From Pyrinomonadaceae bacterium (GTDB lineage: Bacteria > Acidobacteriota > Blastocatellia > Pyrinomonadales > Pyrinomonadaceae): 64,000 nt of DNA. Made by a program: the position numbers and the translations under genes. A model generated the notes under the pieces. That model had not been told where the DNA came from and ran no database searches. It saw nothing but the letters and a program-made list of their open reading frames with translations. The stretch covers positions 61,483 to 125,482 of the forward strand of contig JBKBYA010000005.1 of the NCBI GenBank assembly GCA_046313635.1, written 5' to 3'. Positions 20,533-30,026 of the stretch are shown here, piece by piece; the stretch's first letter is position 1; every line of letters starts with the position of its first letter.

Positions 20533-23500
20533 CTACCGCTCGACCGAGGCTTCGTCCTCGATCTCGTCGAACCACTCGACCGCATTGGTCGCCTCGGCTG
20601 CAAGCTCCGTCACCGGTGCCGCGACGACCCGCACGGGCGGCATATCTTTGAGGATCGTGATCAGAGCGGCGAGCTCGTTATCGTTAAGCGTCGATACGGC
20701 CCCGCCGCCGAGAGCTGCGGCAAGAGACGTGAGGGCCTCGTTGTATTCCTGTCCCGCACCGTTCGCCTGCGCCGCGGCGATCCGCGACATTATCTCCGGA
20801 TATAGGTCGCGAAGCAGTGACCGGTAGGATCGAAGTCCCTCGACCGCCGCCTCGCGAAGCTCGTCGGGCAATGCCGCGACCTCCACCGCCGAGCCCGGAC
20901 CGAAGCCGCACGCACAAAAGGGATGAAGCTCGAGATTCTCGGCCACGTTCGCGCGACAGTTGATCGTGCGATAGCGCCGCAGCAGCCGCTGGGCGCGGCG
21001 CCAATGATCGCGCGGGAATACGTCCATTCCCGACAGGGCCTGAAACTCCCACCAGACGGCGTCGCCCAATACGGTCTCGATGCGCTCCTTTAGTTCGTGG
21101 GTGTTCTGCACGGCTTTGTGTCCCGCGATGACCTCACGGGCATAGCTCGACCTGAACTCCTGCCACAGGGCCTCGATCTCCGTGGTCGAATGATCGGCAC
21201 CCCACATCTCGCCGTCCTCGACCAGTGCAGCCAGGTCCGCACGGCGGCGGTCGATCTCGGCGTCGCCGGTCGGTCGGCATTCGGCGAGATATCGACGCAT
21301 CTCATTTCGTGTCGCGATCGACTGAAGCTGAGCTTCGATCACGGCCAGCTCGTCGCGCCGAGCCTGAAGCTCGCTGTCAGAATGCGAGAACGCGTCGGCG
21401 ATACGCATCAGACACTCGTCGAGAGACAATTGATCGGCAAGCATCAGGGCGACGGCGTCGGCCGCGGCCGAGAATGTACCGGCCGCGCGCGATGCGACCC
21501 GCCACGATCCCGCACCGAGCGAACCGTCGGGCAGCGATCTGAACCTCTCGGCGAGCGCCGAGTCGTTCCACTGCCGCAGCCAATCGCGCAGCGCCGCTGC
21601 CGCGGCTTGCGGGTCAGACTCGTAACTCTTTGCGTCGCGCTCGACGCCCGCGAGCAGGCCGACCCAATTCCAAAGCGTCTCTACGGGCCGGGCCGGCGCG
21701 GCCGGTCTTGCGATGCCGCAGATATCGTCCCAGATGATGCGCAGGTCCAGAGATCGCCGGCCGATGCGGTCGCCCGACGAAGTGACGAATTCGATCTGCC
21801 GCTCGGCGACCATCGCGCTCAGCAAGAGATACTGAGCTTCTACGGGCAGGCCAAACGGCTCCGCGGTGAGGGCGTCGCTGACGGCCGCGAGGCTTACAAC
21901 GCCGCCGCCGGCCGACGCGACGAGCGACTCGACAGCCTCGCACAGCCGACGCGTATTATCATTTGGCGACGCCGACGGCGAGATCGGCGACCCGTCTTCG
22001 CCGACCAGCCCGAACGGCTTCGCAAAAGCGATGACCAGCGGACGCACATGCTCGACCCCGCGATCGCCCCCGCCGTACAGCCCCGACGTAAGCATGGCGA
22101 CCGCGTCGAGGTCGAGCGTGGCCTTGAAGTTGGGATGCGCCGTGAAACGCTCCTCAAAATAAGGGGCGAGCGTCTTTTCAAAAAGTTCGGCGAGAGTGTT
22201 TGCCGACAGAGCGCTCGGATCGATCGTATATCCGCGGCCGTCGATATAAAGCGCTCCGTATTGGAGAAACTTGCGTTCCCAGATCTTTTCGATGGTGATC
22301 ATCTGCGACTGCACGACGGTTCGCATCTGATCGCGAAACCTCTCTTGCAGGTCGCTGTCCGAGGCAAGGACGAGATACCGCTTGAATGCCTCGGTCTCTT
22401 CCCTTTTAAGCTCGTCGACCGCCCAGCGGACGCGCGGGAACGCGGCGTTATCGCCCTCCCCGCCGCCAAAAGCGACTATCGCCGATATCTCGCCGGGCAA
22501 GGCGTCTGGACATGGGCCGCTCTCCGGGATCTGCCACGATAAACGCAGGAGCCTGAGGCCTCCCCGCCATTCGACCCGGGTAGAGGCGGCGACATGCTGC
22601 GGTTCGTCGCCAACCTGCACAAAATCGCAATCGCTGAAGCGCTCCTGCATCAACCGCCGAAGGATCTCGGCCACCGCGCTGTCCGGCACCGCCGCGAGAG
22701 CCTCGGAAACGACAGACTCGAGATCGTCCGCGCGCGAGAGCCGAAGGCCGAACTTCGTGGCCCGTCCCTCCTGCGTGGACTCGGATATGGCGTCGGGCAA
22801 GGCCTCTTTGAACTGCCGAAGCAGATCCTCGACAAATTCGGTCGCCGATCGCTGCTCGGGGTCGTCAAAAAGCAGCATCGCCGCCGCGATGTCGCCCGCC
22901 GTGCAGCCCTCGCCGTTGAGCGACAGTACGAGCAGTCCCTGAAGGACGAGCTTTGCCTTGAGACGCTGAAGAACGGGGATCTTGCTGACGATCTCAGCAT
23001 TCAGATGGTCGAACGCGGCAAACGCGTCCGCGAGTTCGGGCGATCGGCGTAGTCTGGGTTCGACGCCGTCAAACAATTCGTCGAGAGCGATGAGCGAGTC
23101 GGCCGGCCGCCCCATTACCTTGGCGCCCGCCTCAGAGGCAAAGGTCAAGAGCGCGAAATTCTGCACATAAAGCCTCACGAAAGGCGCCGCTTCGATGACG
23201 GCCGGGTGCAGCGGATAGACTGACGAAAATCGCTGCTCGCTCCATCGAAAACCCGCCAGCGCCCCTTTTATTTCCGAGTAGATGCTTTTGAGCGTATTTC
23301 GCTTTTCGGGAATCTTAGGGAATATGTGCGCGTCGATGATCTTGTACAGGTGTTCGTGATCGAGATAGTCGATCGTGAAGGACCTTGCGATCGCCGAGTT
23401 GCGGCCGTCGGCCCCCGCGATGTCGTCGTCGAGGGCGACCGCCACAAAGACGTTTCGTCCCTTGGCGGCCTCGGCGAGCTCGCTCAGGAAGGTGCCGTCG

Positions 23501-24033
23501 TCACGCGTGACCCGTCTCTCGCGTTCGAGATCGGTATCGATGATCAGTACCGCGGGGCTCGCTCCTGCCTTTGAAGCGACAAGATCGACGATCGCCTCCG
23601 CCGTGTCGCCGACCTGGTCCGGCGTGACGCCGAATAGCTCCGCAATGCCCGCCTGAACTTCCTCAACGACTGTCGCCTTGGTGCCGCGCAGAATGTATGC
23701 GACGGGATAATGCCGTCGGACAAGACGCTCGGCGCCGGCCGAGACGTGCGAATCACGAATACGCTGCCGGAGCTCCGGCCGCGAGAGTATCGCCCCGAAC
23801 GTCGCGAGAAAGTGGCTCTTACCCACCCCGCGAAATCCGGCCAGGGCGTAGGCACTGCCGGCCGGATCGGGCATCGAGATGACGCGATCGAGCCACTTGA
23901 CCATCAGATCGGCCGTAATGTCCGTGAAATGGTACCCCGAGAGCGTGACCGACGGGTCGGCTGAATAGTCGGTTAGCGGCTGGTTAGAACGAACTTCTAC
24001 CAGGTCCCTTACTTTTTCCTGAACTCTGTTCAT
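20533..24033 (-). CDS. Large P-loop ATPase, DUF6079/BrxC-PglY-like
   Basis: Walker A GFRGVGKSH near N-terminus, YPLHP motif, C-terminal Cys cluster (C..HPFCACGF); 1166 aa from ATG 24033. Confidence 0.65.
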   Translation of the reverse strand: MNRVQEKVRDLVEVRSNQPLTDYSADPSVTLSGYHFTDITADLMVKWLDRVISMPDPAGSAYALAGFRGVGKSHFLATFGAILSRPELRQRIRDSHVSAGAERLVRRHYPVAYILRGTKATVVEEVQAGIAELFGVTPDQVGDTAEAIVDLVASKAGASPAVLIIDTDLERERRVTRDDGTFLSELAEAAKGRNVFVAVALDDDIAGADGRNSAIARSFTIDYLDHEHLYKIIDAHIFPKIPEKRNTLKSIYSEIKGALAGFRWSEQRFSSVYPLHPAVIEAAPFVRLYVQNFALLTFASEAGAKVMGRPADSLIALDELFDGVEPRLRRSPELADAFAAFDHLNAEIVSKIPVLQRLKAKLVLQGLLVLSLNGEGCTAGDIAAAMLLFDDPEQRSATEFVEDLLRQFKEALPDAISESTQEGRATKFGLRLSRADDLESVVSEALAAVPDSAVAEILRRLMQERFSDCDFVQVGDEPQHVAASTRVEWRGGLRLLRLSWQIPESGPCPDALPGEISAIVAFGGGEGDNAAFPRVRWAVDELKREETEAFKRYLVLASDSDLQERFRDQMRTVVQSQMITIEKIWERKFLQYGALYIDGRGYTIDPSALSANTLAELFEKTLAPYFEERFTAHPNFKATLDLDAVAMLTSGLYGGGDRGVEHVRPLVIAFAKPFGLVGEDGSPISPSASPNDNTRRLCEAVESLVASAGGGVVSLAAVSDALTAEPFGLPVEAQYLLLSAMVAERQIEFVTSSGDRIGRRSLDLRIIWDDICGIARPAAPARPVETLWNWVGLLAGVERDAKSYESDPQAAAAALRDWLRQWNDSALAERFRSLPDGSLGAGSWRVASRAAGTFSAAADAVALMLADQLSLDECLMRIADAFSHSDSELQARRDELAVIEAQLQSIATRNEMRRYLAECRPTGDAEIDRRRADLAALVEDGEMWGADHSTTEIEALWQEFRSSYAREVIAGHKAVQNTHELKERIETVLGDAVWWEFQALSGMDVFPRDHWRRAQRLLRRYRTINCRANVAENLELHPFCACGFGPGSAVEVAALPDELREAAVEGLRSYRSLLRDLYPEIMSRIAAAQANGAGQEYNEALTSLAAALGGGAVSTLNDNELAALITILKDMPPVRVVAAPVTELAAEATNAVEWFDEIEDEASVER

Positions 24034-24310
24034 TGCGGGTGCTGGCGCAAAAGCTGGAGCTGAATTGATATTGGTCCAAAGAACGGAAGCGAGCGGGAGG
24101 CGGGCAGGACCCAACGCACCCATATCTTAGCAACTTTCACTCGGAAAAAACACCACGTTTTTTACCGGCGGCCGAACGAGCGGCCCGAAGCAAAAATATT
24201 CCCGCGTCCACAACTAATGCAGGGCGCGGTGCATCCTATTCCTGTAAAATTATCCAAACCGGCCGAGCGGATATTCTTCTCGAACGTGACCGGACCGCTG
24301 GAGATTTAAT

Positions 24311-25519
24311 ATGACCTTCAGATTTAGAAAGCCGCTGGCATTGTCACTTATGTTCGCCATCTGGGTGTCGGCGATCGCGTTCTTCCCGGCTGCCGCCGCG
24401 GCGCAGAGCCAGAGCGACGAGAACAAGTCGTCCAAAAAGTCCGAGAAGTCCAAGAAGGCTGACGCCAAGTCAGCGGAGTCAGCGGCCGCGGCGCAGACCG
24501 GCCAGCCGGGCGGTTCAAAGACGCTCTCAAGCAAAGAGGACCCGTCGCAGATCGGCAAACGCAACATCAACGGCGGCGCCGACAAATTCTTTGGCTGGCT
24601 CGGCGGCTCGCGCGAAAAGGAAATGCAGATCGGCCGTCAGCTCGCCCTCGAGGTCGAGCAGCAGGCCAAAATGGTCGAGGACCCGATGATCACCGAGTAC
24701 ATCAACCGGGTGGGCCAAAACATCGTGCTGCATTCCGACGCAAAGATACCGTTCACGATCAAGGTCATCGACAGCGACGAGGTCAACGCCTTTGCCCTGC
24801 CGGGCGGATTCTTTTTCGTGAATAAAGGCCTCATCCTCGCCGCCGACAACGAGGCCGAGATCGCGGGCGTGATGGCCCACGAGATCGCTCACGTCGCTGC
24901 CCGTCATGCGATGGAGAATGCCGGCAAGGGACAGTTTCTCGGCTACGGCATCCTCGCCGGATTGATCCTCACCGGCGGCATCGCGGGTACGATCCTGCAG
25001 AACACGGCCGGCCTCGGCCAGGCGCTTGCTTTCTTCAACTTCAGCCGCGGGGCCGAGATGGAGGCCGACGTGCTCGGCGTGCAGTATCTCTACGCCGCCG
25101 GTTACGACCCGACGGCGATGTCGACGATGTTCGAAAAGCTCGCCTCGAAGAACAAGAAAAAGCCCGGCACGCTCTCAAAGCTCTTCTCGACGCACCCTCA
25201 GTCGATCGACCGTCGTGACGCGAGCATAGCGCTCGTCGCCAAGTTTCCGGAGAAGGAGGAGTACGTGATCAGCACCTCCGAATTTCAGCGGGTAAAGGAA
25301 CACCTGATGAAGCTCTCGAATGCGAAGGCCGGCATCGCCGTCGATTACGACGAGAACGAAAATGCCCGGCCCACGCTCAAGCGGCGCCAGCCTGAATCGG
25401 ACGGCTCCGACGGTTCGGGCCAGCCGGGCACGAGCTCGTCTGACGGTCCGCCGCAGCTCAAGAAGCGCGGCGATCAGCCGGCCCCGACGCCCTCGCCGAG
25501 CCCGTCACCGCAGCAGTAA
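24311..25519 (+). CDS. M48 family metalloprotease, exported
   Basis: Signal peptide, VNAFALPGG, HEIAH, FSRGAEMEAD, STHP. Confidence 0.93.
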   Translation: MTFRFRKPLALSLMFAIWVSAIAFFPAAAAAQSQSDENKSSKKSEKSKKADAKSAESAAAAQTGQPGGSKTLSSKEDPSQIGKRNINGGADKFFGWLGGSREKEMQIGRQLALEVEQQAKMVEDPMITEYINRVGQNIVLHSDAKIPFTIKVIDSDEVNAFALPGGFFFVNKGLILAADNEAEIAGVMAHEIAHVAARHAMENAGKGQFLGYGILAGLILTGGIAGTILQNTAGLGQALAFFNFSRGAEMEADVLGVQYLYAAGYDPTAMSTMFEKLASKNKKKPGTLSKLFSTHPQSIDRRDASIALVAKFPEKEEYVISTSEFQRVKEHLMKLSNAKAGIAVDYDENENARPTLKRRQPESDGSDGSGQPGTSSSDGPPQLKKRGDQPAPTPSPSPSPQQ

Positions 25520-25537
25520 GATACCGGTACACCAAAG

Positions 25538-25572
25538 AATTGGCGGCCCGTCTGACGGACCGCCAATTTTTA
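25538..25572. terminator. Intrinsic terminator between convergent genes
   Basis: AATTGGCGG..CCGCCAATT hairpin followed by T-run. Confidence 0.7.
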
Positions 25573-25595
25573 TTGCGCCCGACACAAGTGTGCGG

Positions 25596-26870
25596 CTATC
25601 CGGCAAATGCGTCCTGACCGAGCAGCGTCCGTGCCCTTTGGATCGCGGCCCGGGCCTCCGCGGGGCGGTTTGCCTTGCGGTAGCAATTGATCAGCTTTTC
25701 GTAGACGTTCAGGGCAAATCCCCGCTCGCTCACCTGCACGACACGCGGACGATCGAGCCCCCTTAGCCGCAAAGCCGCTTCGTATGCAGCGGCTCCCTCC
25801 ATGTACCGCTCGGCCGATACGTACAGGTCGCCGAGCGAGACCTGGAGTTCCGGCGCGGTGTCGGGATTTGCGGTCTTTGCACGGCTGACCGCCTTCTGAA
25901 GCACCTTTACGCCCTCGTCGACACGTCCCGCCTTTGCCTGAGTGTGTGCAAAAAGTGTGACGAGGTCGGCGCTGTCGGGATTGGCATAAACGGCCTGACG
26001 AAGAGCCTCCACCGCCGAGGACGCAGACCTGACATCGGCGGTCGTCAACGCGTCTCTCAGTTCGCCGATCGCGTCCTCGTTGTCGGGCTCGTCGGCCACC
26101 AGCAGGCTCAACACCTCTACCGCCTCGGCCGCCTGCCCGGCCCTTACGAGGGCCTTGCCAAGTTTGAGCGACGCCCGCTCCGGCGACAGGTCGGCTCCGC
26201 TGCCCATGACCTGCCTGTAAAATCCCGTGTCGATCGGCGCGGCCGCTGCGACCCACTTTCGCAGGGCGTCGATATGCGAATCAAGATCGGTCGGAGCGTA
26301 GAGCTCGGCGAGGAACGCCCAGCCTTCGGCATTGCGCGGGTCAAGTCGCGTCACCTCGCGCCACTGCTCTATCGCAAGGGCGGCCATCGCCGGCTCTAGC
26401 CTGCCGGAATTGAGGTTGCTCTTGTACGTATAGAGTCGTGCCAGCAGACGGCGCGCTCCGAAGTTGTTCGGATCTACCTTAACGGCCAGCGACGCGAGGG
26501 CCACCGACTCGTCGATATCCGAAGGCGGAATACGGAGCGTGATCTCGGCCAACGCGGTGTACGCCTCGGCGATCGTCGGGTCGACCTGCAGGGCGGCCTG
26601 GAATGCCGCGCGAGCCTGCCTCGCGACGGCTGCCGCACCGGCCCCGGCAGCGTTTGTCCGCAAGAGATATCGCTGGCCCTCGAGAACCTTTGCGTAGGCC
26701 CTGCCGCGCTCTTCGGCGGAGACCGCGGCCCCCGACCGCTCGGCGAGGTTTCGGGCTAGCGTCTCAGACAATTTCTGTCGCGCGACCGGCGAGGGCGGCG
26801 GCGTCTGAGCCTTGACGACGCTGGCCAATATAGCGGCGGCGAGCAAAACCGGCAATAACCTGAATTTCAT
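25596..26870 (-). CDS. Exported tetratricopeptide-repeat protein
   Basis: Signal peptide; repeated TPR patterns (DPTIAEAY, DPNNFGA, DPRNAEGW, NPDSADL). Confidence 0.85.
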   Translation of the reverse strand: MKFRLLPVLLAAAILASVVKAQTPPPSPVARQKLSETLARNLAERSGAAVSAEERGRAYAKVLEGQRYLLRTNAAGAGAAAVARQARAAFQAALQVDPTIAEAYTALAEITLRIPPSDIDESVALASLAVKVDPNNFGARRLLARLYTYKSNLNSGRLEPAMAALAIEQWREVTRLDPRNAEGWAFLAELYAPTDLDSHIDALRKWVAAAAPIDTGFYRQVMGSGADLSPERASLKLGKALVRAGQAAEAVEVLSLLVADEPDNEDAIGELRDALTTADVRSASSAVEALRQAVYANPDSADLVTLFAHTQAKAGRVDEGVKVLQKAVSRAKTANPDTAPELQVSLGDLYVSAERYMEGAAAYEAALRLRGLDRPRVVQVSERGFALNVYEKLINCYRKANRPAEARAAIQRARTLLGQDAFAG

Positions 26871-27022
26871 CACAAACACTCCTAAGCGGCCGCTCCTGCA
26901 TCGCGGCGGGCCGGCACTTTAAAGCAGATGCAGCCCGCCGGTCGCATTAAATTCGATCGTGGGCTGCAGTGTATGATCCATCGATAAATACGGCTCTCTG
27001 ACAGACCCGCGGCAAGCGGCCG

Positions 27023-28540
27023 CTACTTTTGCTGTACTCCAGGCGGCAGCTGCTGCGCCTTGTCGACCTTTGGCTGCTCCGGCCGATCGCGGATGACCGT
27101 CGTCAGGGCCTTTGGGATCTGATTGGCGCTGATGTCGCCCTGGTTCTCAATGATCTGATCGATCAATTCAAACTTCGCCTTGTCAAAATCTCTGGTCATC
27201 AGCACGCCATTCTTGTCGATGGTCATCGGGTAGATGCCGAAAAACTGATTCTTGAAATTCGCAAAAAAGCCGACGTCCTCCGGCGGCAGGATGTGCGCCC
27301 GCTCGGGGTTGACCGGAGGGACCGCCGCGCCGATCGTCGTGAGCTGCTCTTTGGCCTTCTCGACGTATTCGCTGTTCGGGTACTCGCTGACGATCTGCTG
27401 AAAGTAGCGTGCGGCCTGGTCGGTCTCTTCTTCGAGCAGGTATGTGACGGCGAGCTTGTACAAGGCCTCGTCCATGAATTTGAAGTTCGGATATTTGTCG
27501 AGCACCTCGCGGTAGCGCGACTGTGCTCCCTTTAGCCCTCCCTTCTTTTGATCGACCGAGAGATTGTAGTAGTAGTTCGCGATGTACAGGCTGTGGAGCC
27601 CGAGATTGTCCTGCACCTCTCGAAGCCGCTTTTCGGCCTCTTCGCGAAGTATCGAATTGGGATACTGCTGCAACAGTGCCTTGAGCCTGACCTCGGCGCG
27701 TTTTGCACGCGTCGCATCGCGATCGGGCAGCCCGATCTGCCGCATTTCAGATTCGGCGATCTTGAGCACGACGCGGTCGGCAAGCGGATGCGTCGGAAAG
27801 AATGTCAGCCAGTCTTGATAAGCGGCGATCGCCTGGATCAGTGCGCTCGTCGAGCCCTCGAGAAAGAACGAATCTCCGATGGCAAGCTTGGCCATCGGCA
27901 GATACGGCGAGTCGGGATACGTCGTGATGATCGTCTGAAAAAGCAGGCGGCCGACATCGAAATTCTTGTTGCGCACCTCGCGCGTGGCCTCGATAAAGAG
28001 CTGCTTGTCGCGGCCGGGAGCCACGGTGCCGATCAGCTCGTCGTACTTGTCGTTGCCGCCGCCGCCAAAGATGCCGAGAAATTTCTTCTTCTTTTTGATC
28101 TGGCGAGGCTTGCCGACCGGAGAATCGGACCCCGCGCGGGCCGACGCGGTCTCGGTCTGAGCACGGTCTACCGCCGTTTGAAATTCGGCCACCGCCTGCT
28201 CGAGCTGATCTATGTCGGACGCCTCGTATTTCTCGCCGCGATCGACCTTGCCGCGAAGGCTGTTGACGTCATTCTGCAGACGCGCAGCTTCTTTCTCCAG
28301 GCTCTGAAGACGAGCGAGAGGGCTGTCGGCATTTTCCTTGTCGTCCTTGTCCTTTTTGCCTTCCTGCTTGAGGACCGATGCCGCGCTGTTGAGCGAGCGC
28401 CGCATCGTCTCGAGCTTTTGCCGCATTACCTCGAGCCGCTGTGCGGCCGTCAGGTCCTGCTTGCCCTGCGCCAGCCCGACGGCCGAGAGACCGAGTGTAA
28501 GAATGAGTGCCGAAACAACGGCCGCGAAATTACGCTTCAT
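27023..28540 (-). CDS. bamD: Outer membrane protein assembly factor BamD with N-terminal coiled-coil extension
   Basis: YPDSPY, FFPTHPLAD, DRDAT, YPNS TPR pattern typical of BamD/YfiO. Confidence 0.85.
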   Translation of the reverse strand: MKRNFAAVVSALILTLGLSAVGLAQGKQDLTAAQRLEVMRQKLETMRRSLNSAASVLKQEGKKDKDDKENADSPLARLQSLEKEAARLQNDVNSLRGKVDRGEKYEASDIDQLEQAVAEFQTAVDRAQTETASARAGSDSPVGKPRQIKKKKKFLGIFGGGGNDKYDELIGTVAPGRDKQLFIEATREVRNKNFDVGRLLFQTIITTYPDSPYLPMAKLAIGDSFFLEGSTSALIQAIAAYQDWLTFFPTHPLADRVVLKIAESEMRQIGLPDRDATRAKRAEVRLKALLQQYPNSILREEAEKRLREVQDNLGLHSLYIANYYYNLSVDQKKGGLKGAQSRYREVLDKYPNFKFMDEALYKLAVTYLLEEETDQAARYFQQIVSEYPNSEYVEKAKEQLTTIGAAVPPVNPERAHILPPEDVGFFANFKNQFFGIYPMTIDKNGVLMTRDFDKAKFELIDQIIENQGDISANQIPKALTTVIRDRPEQPKVDKAQQLPPGVQQK

Positions 28541-28552
28541 AAATTCCTTTGA

Positions 28553-29215
28553 TCAAACCAGGGGCGCGGCTCTTGCGATCAGCTCTCTGACCGCCTCGTC
28601 AGGCCGACCGCCGCCAAAGACCGCCGAACCCGCGACGATGATCTCGGCCCCGCTTGCGACGATGGTCTCGATATTCGAGCCGTCGACGCCGCCGTCGATC
28701 TCGATCCGCGTGTCGAGCCCGCGTGAGTCGATCATCTGCTTAAGACGCCGCAGCTTGTCGAGCGAGGTCCCGATGAACTTTTGACCGCCAAAGCCGGGAT
28801 TGACCGACATCAACAGTACGAAATCTGCGAAAGGCAGCGCTTCCTCGAGAGCGACGAGCGGCGTCGCGGGGTTTATCGCGATGCCCGCCTTTGCACCCGC
28901 ATCGCGGATCGAGCAGAGCGTGCGGTTGAGATGCGGGTCGGCCTCGACGTGCACCGACACCATGTCGGCCCCGGCCTCGGCGAACTGCGCCGCGTACTGG
29001 CCGGGCTCGACGATCATCAGGTGAGCGTCGAGCGTCATTCTCGTGAATTTGCGGATCGACTTGAGCACCGGCAGACCGATCGTGATATTCGGCACAAAGC
29101 GCCCGTCCATCACGTCGATATGCAGCACGGTCGCTCCGCCCGATTCTGCTGCCGAGATCTCCTCGCCCAGCCGTGTAAAGTCCGCCGACAAGATCGACGG
29201 CGCTATTTCAAACAT
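28553..29215 (-). CDS. rpe: Ribulose-phosphate 3-epimerase
   Basis: IAPSILSADF, HIDVMDG, MSVNPGFGGQ, IDGG. Confidence 0.97.
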   Translation of the reverse strand: MFEIAPSILSADFTRLGEEISAAESGGATVLHIDVMDGRFVPNITIGLPVLKSIRKFTRMTLDAHLMIVEPGQYAAQFAEAGADMVSVHVEADPHLNRTLCSIRDAGAKAGIAINPATPLVALEEALPFADFVLLMSVNPGFGGQKFIGTSLDKLRRLKQMIDSRGLDTRIEIDGGVDGSNIETIVASGAEIIVAGSAVFGGGRPDEAVRELIARAAPLV

Positions 29216-29265
29216 TCGCTGCTCTTTTATCTTCGTTGCCAATCGTTTAGGGTCGGTTGCTCTGA

Positions 29266-29922
29266 TTACGGCCGCGTCGTCGTCCGGGGCCGCTCGGCTC
29301 CGGCCGTCGGCTTTGCGGGGCTGGACTTCGGTGCCGGCGAGGCGGACGGACGCGTGGTTTCCTTGCCAGGTTCGTTCTTTGTCTCGCCGTCGCTCTTTTT
29401 GCCCTCGGCCGCAGCCGTGCCGGACGAATTGCTGTTTGTCGAGGCCGAATTTGCGATCACGTCGCGGGTCGTATCGGGCTTTTTAGAATTGGCGTTCGAG
29501 TTGGAAGGCCGCTTCTTCGGTTTTTCCGAGATCATCTCCTCGATCTTTTCGGTATCGTCCTCTTCGAGGCTCTTCTTCAGGGTCGACGGCGTCTGGTCGG
29601 GCTGCGTCGTCGGCTGGCTCGTCACGACGAATATCAGCTGGCCCGTCTTGACCGTCTCGCCCGGCTTCGGCAGCTGCTCGAGGACGGTATTCGGCTGCTC
29701 GCCGCTCGGCCGTTCAGCGCGTCGCTTGATCTTGAGTCCGAGAGCGGCGAGTTCCTTTTCGCTGTCGGCAAAATTCTTGCCGACTATCTCGGGCACCTGC
29801 ACGACCTTGCCCTGCAGCGACCAGTACACGACGCCGACCAGGCCCGCGAGAAATGCGGCCGCGAGCACCGCGACGGCGGCAAGTTTGGTTATCGCGGAAA
29901 TGCCGAAATTAAGGACGCTCAC
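29266..29922 (-). CDS. PASTA-domain membrane protein
   Basis: TM helix, VPEIVGK..VLEQLPKPGE PASTA pattern, disordered tail. Confidence 0.85.
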   Translation of the reverse strand: MSVLNFGISAITKLAAVAVLAAAFLAGLVGVVYWSLQGKVVQVPEIVGKNFADSEKELAALGLKIKRRAERPSGEQPNTVLEQLPKPGETVKTGQLIFVVTSQPTTQPDQTPSTLKKSLEEDDTEKIEEMISEKPKKRPSNSNANSKKPDTTRDVIANSASTNSNSSGTAAAEGKKSDGETKNEPGKETTRPSASPAPKSSPAKPTAGAERPRTTTRP

Positions 29923-30026
29923 CGGTTGGATCTCCCAAAATCAAGTGCAAAGTCTAGCATCTTTGCCTATGGCTAACAATCGCGTGCGGCGTCCGCAAAC
30001 GCGGCTCGGCGGCCGGTCGAGACGCA

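Noticed and set aside
20533..24033. Complete BREX defence system
   Set aside because: No PglZ, methyltransferase or other brx genes nearby.
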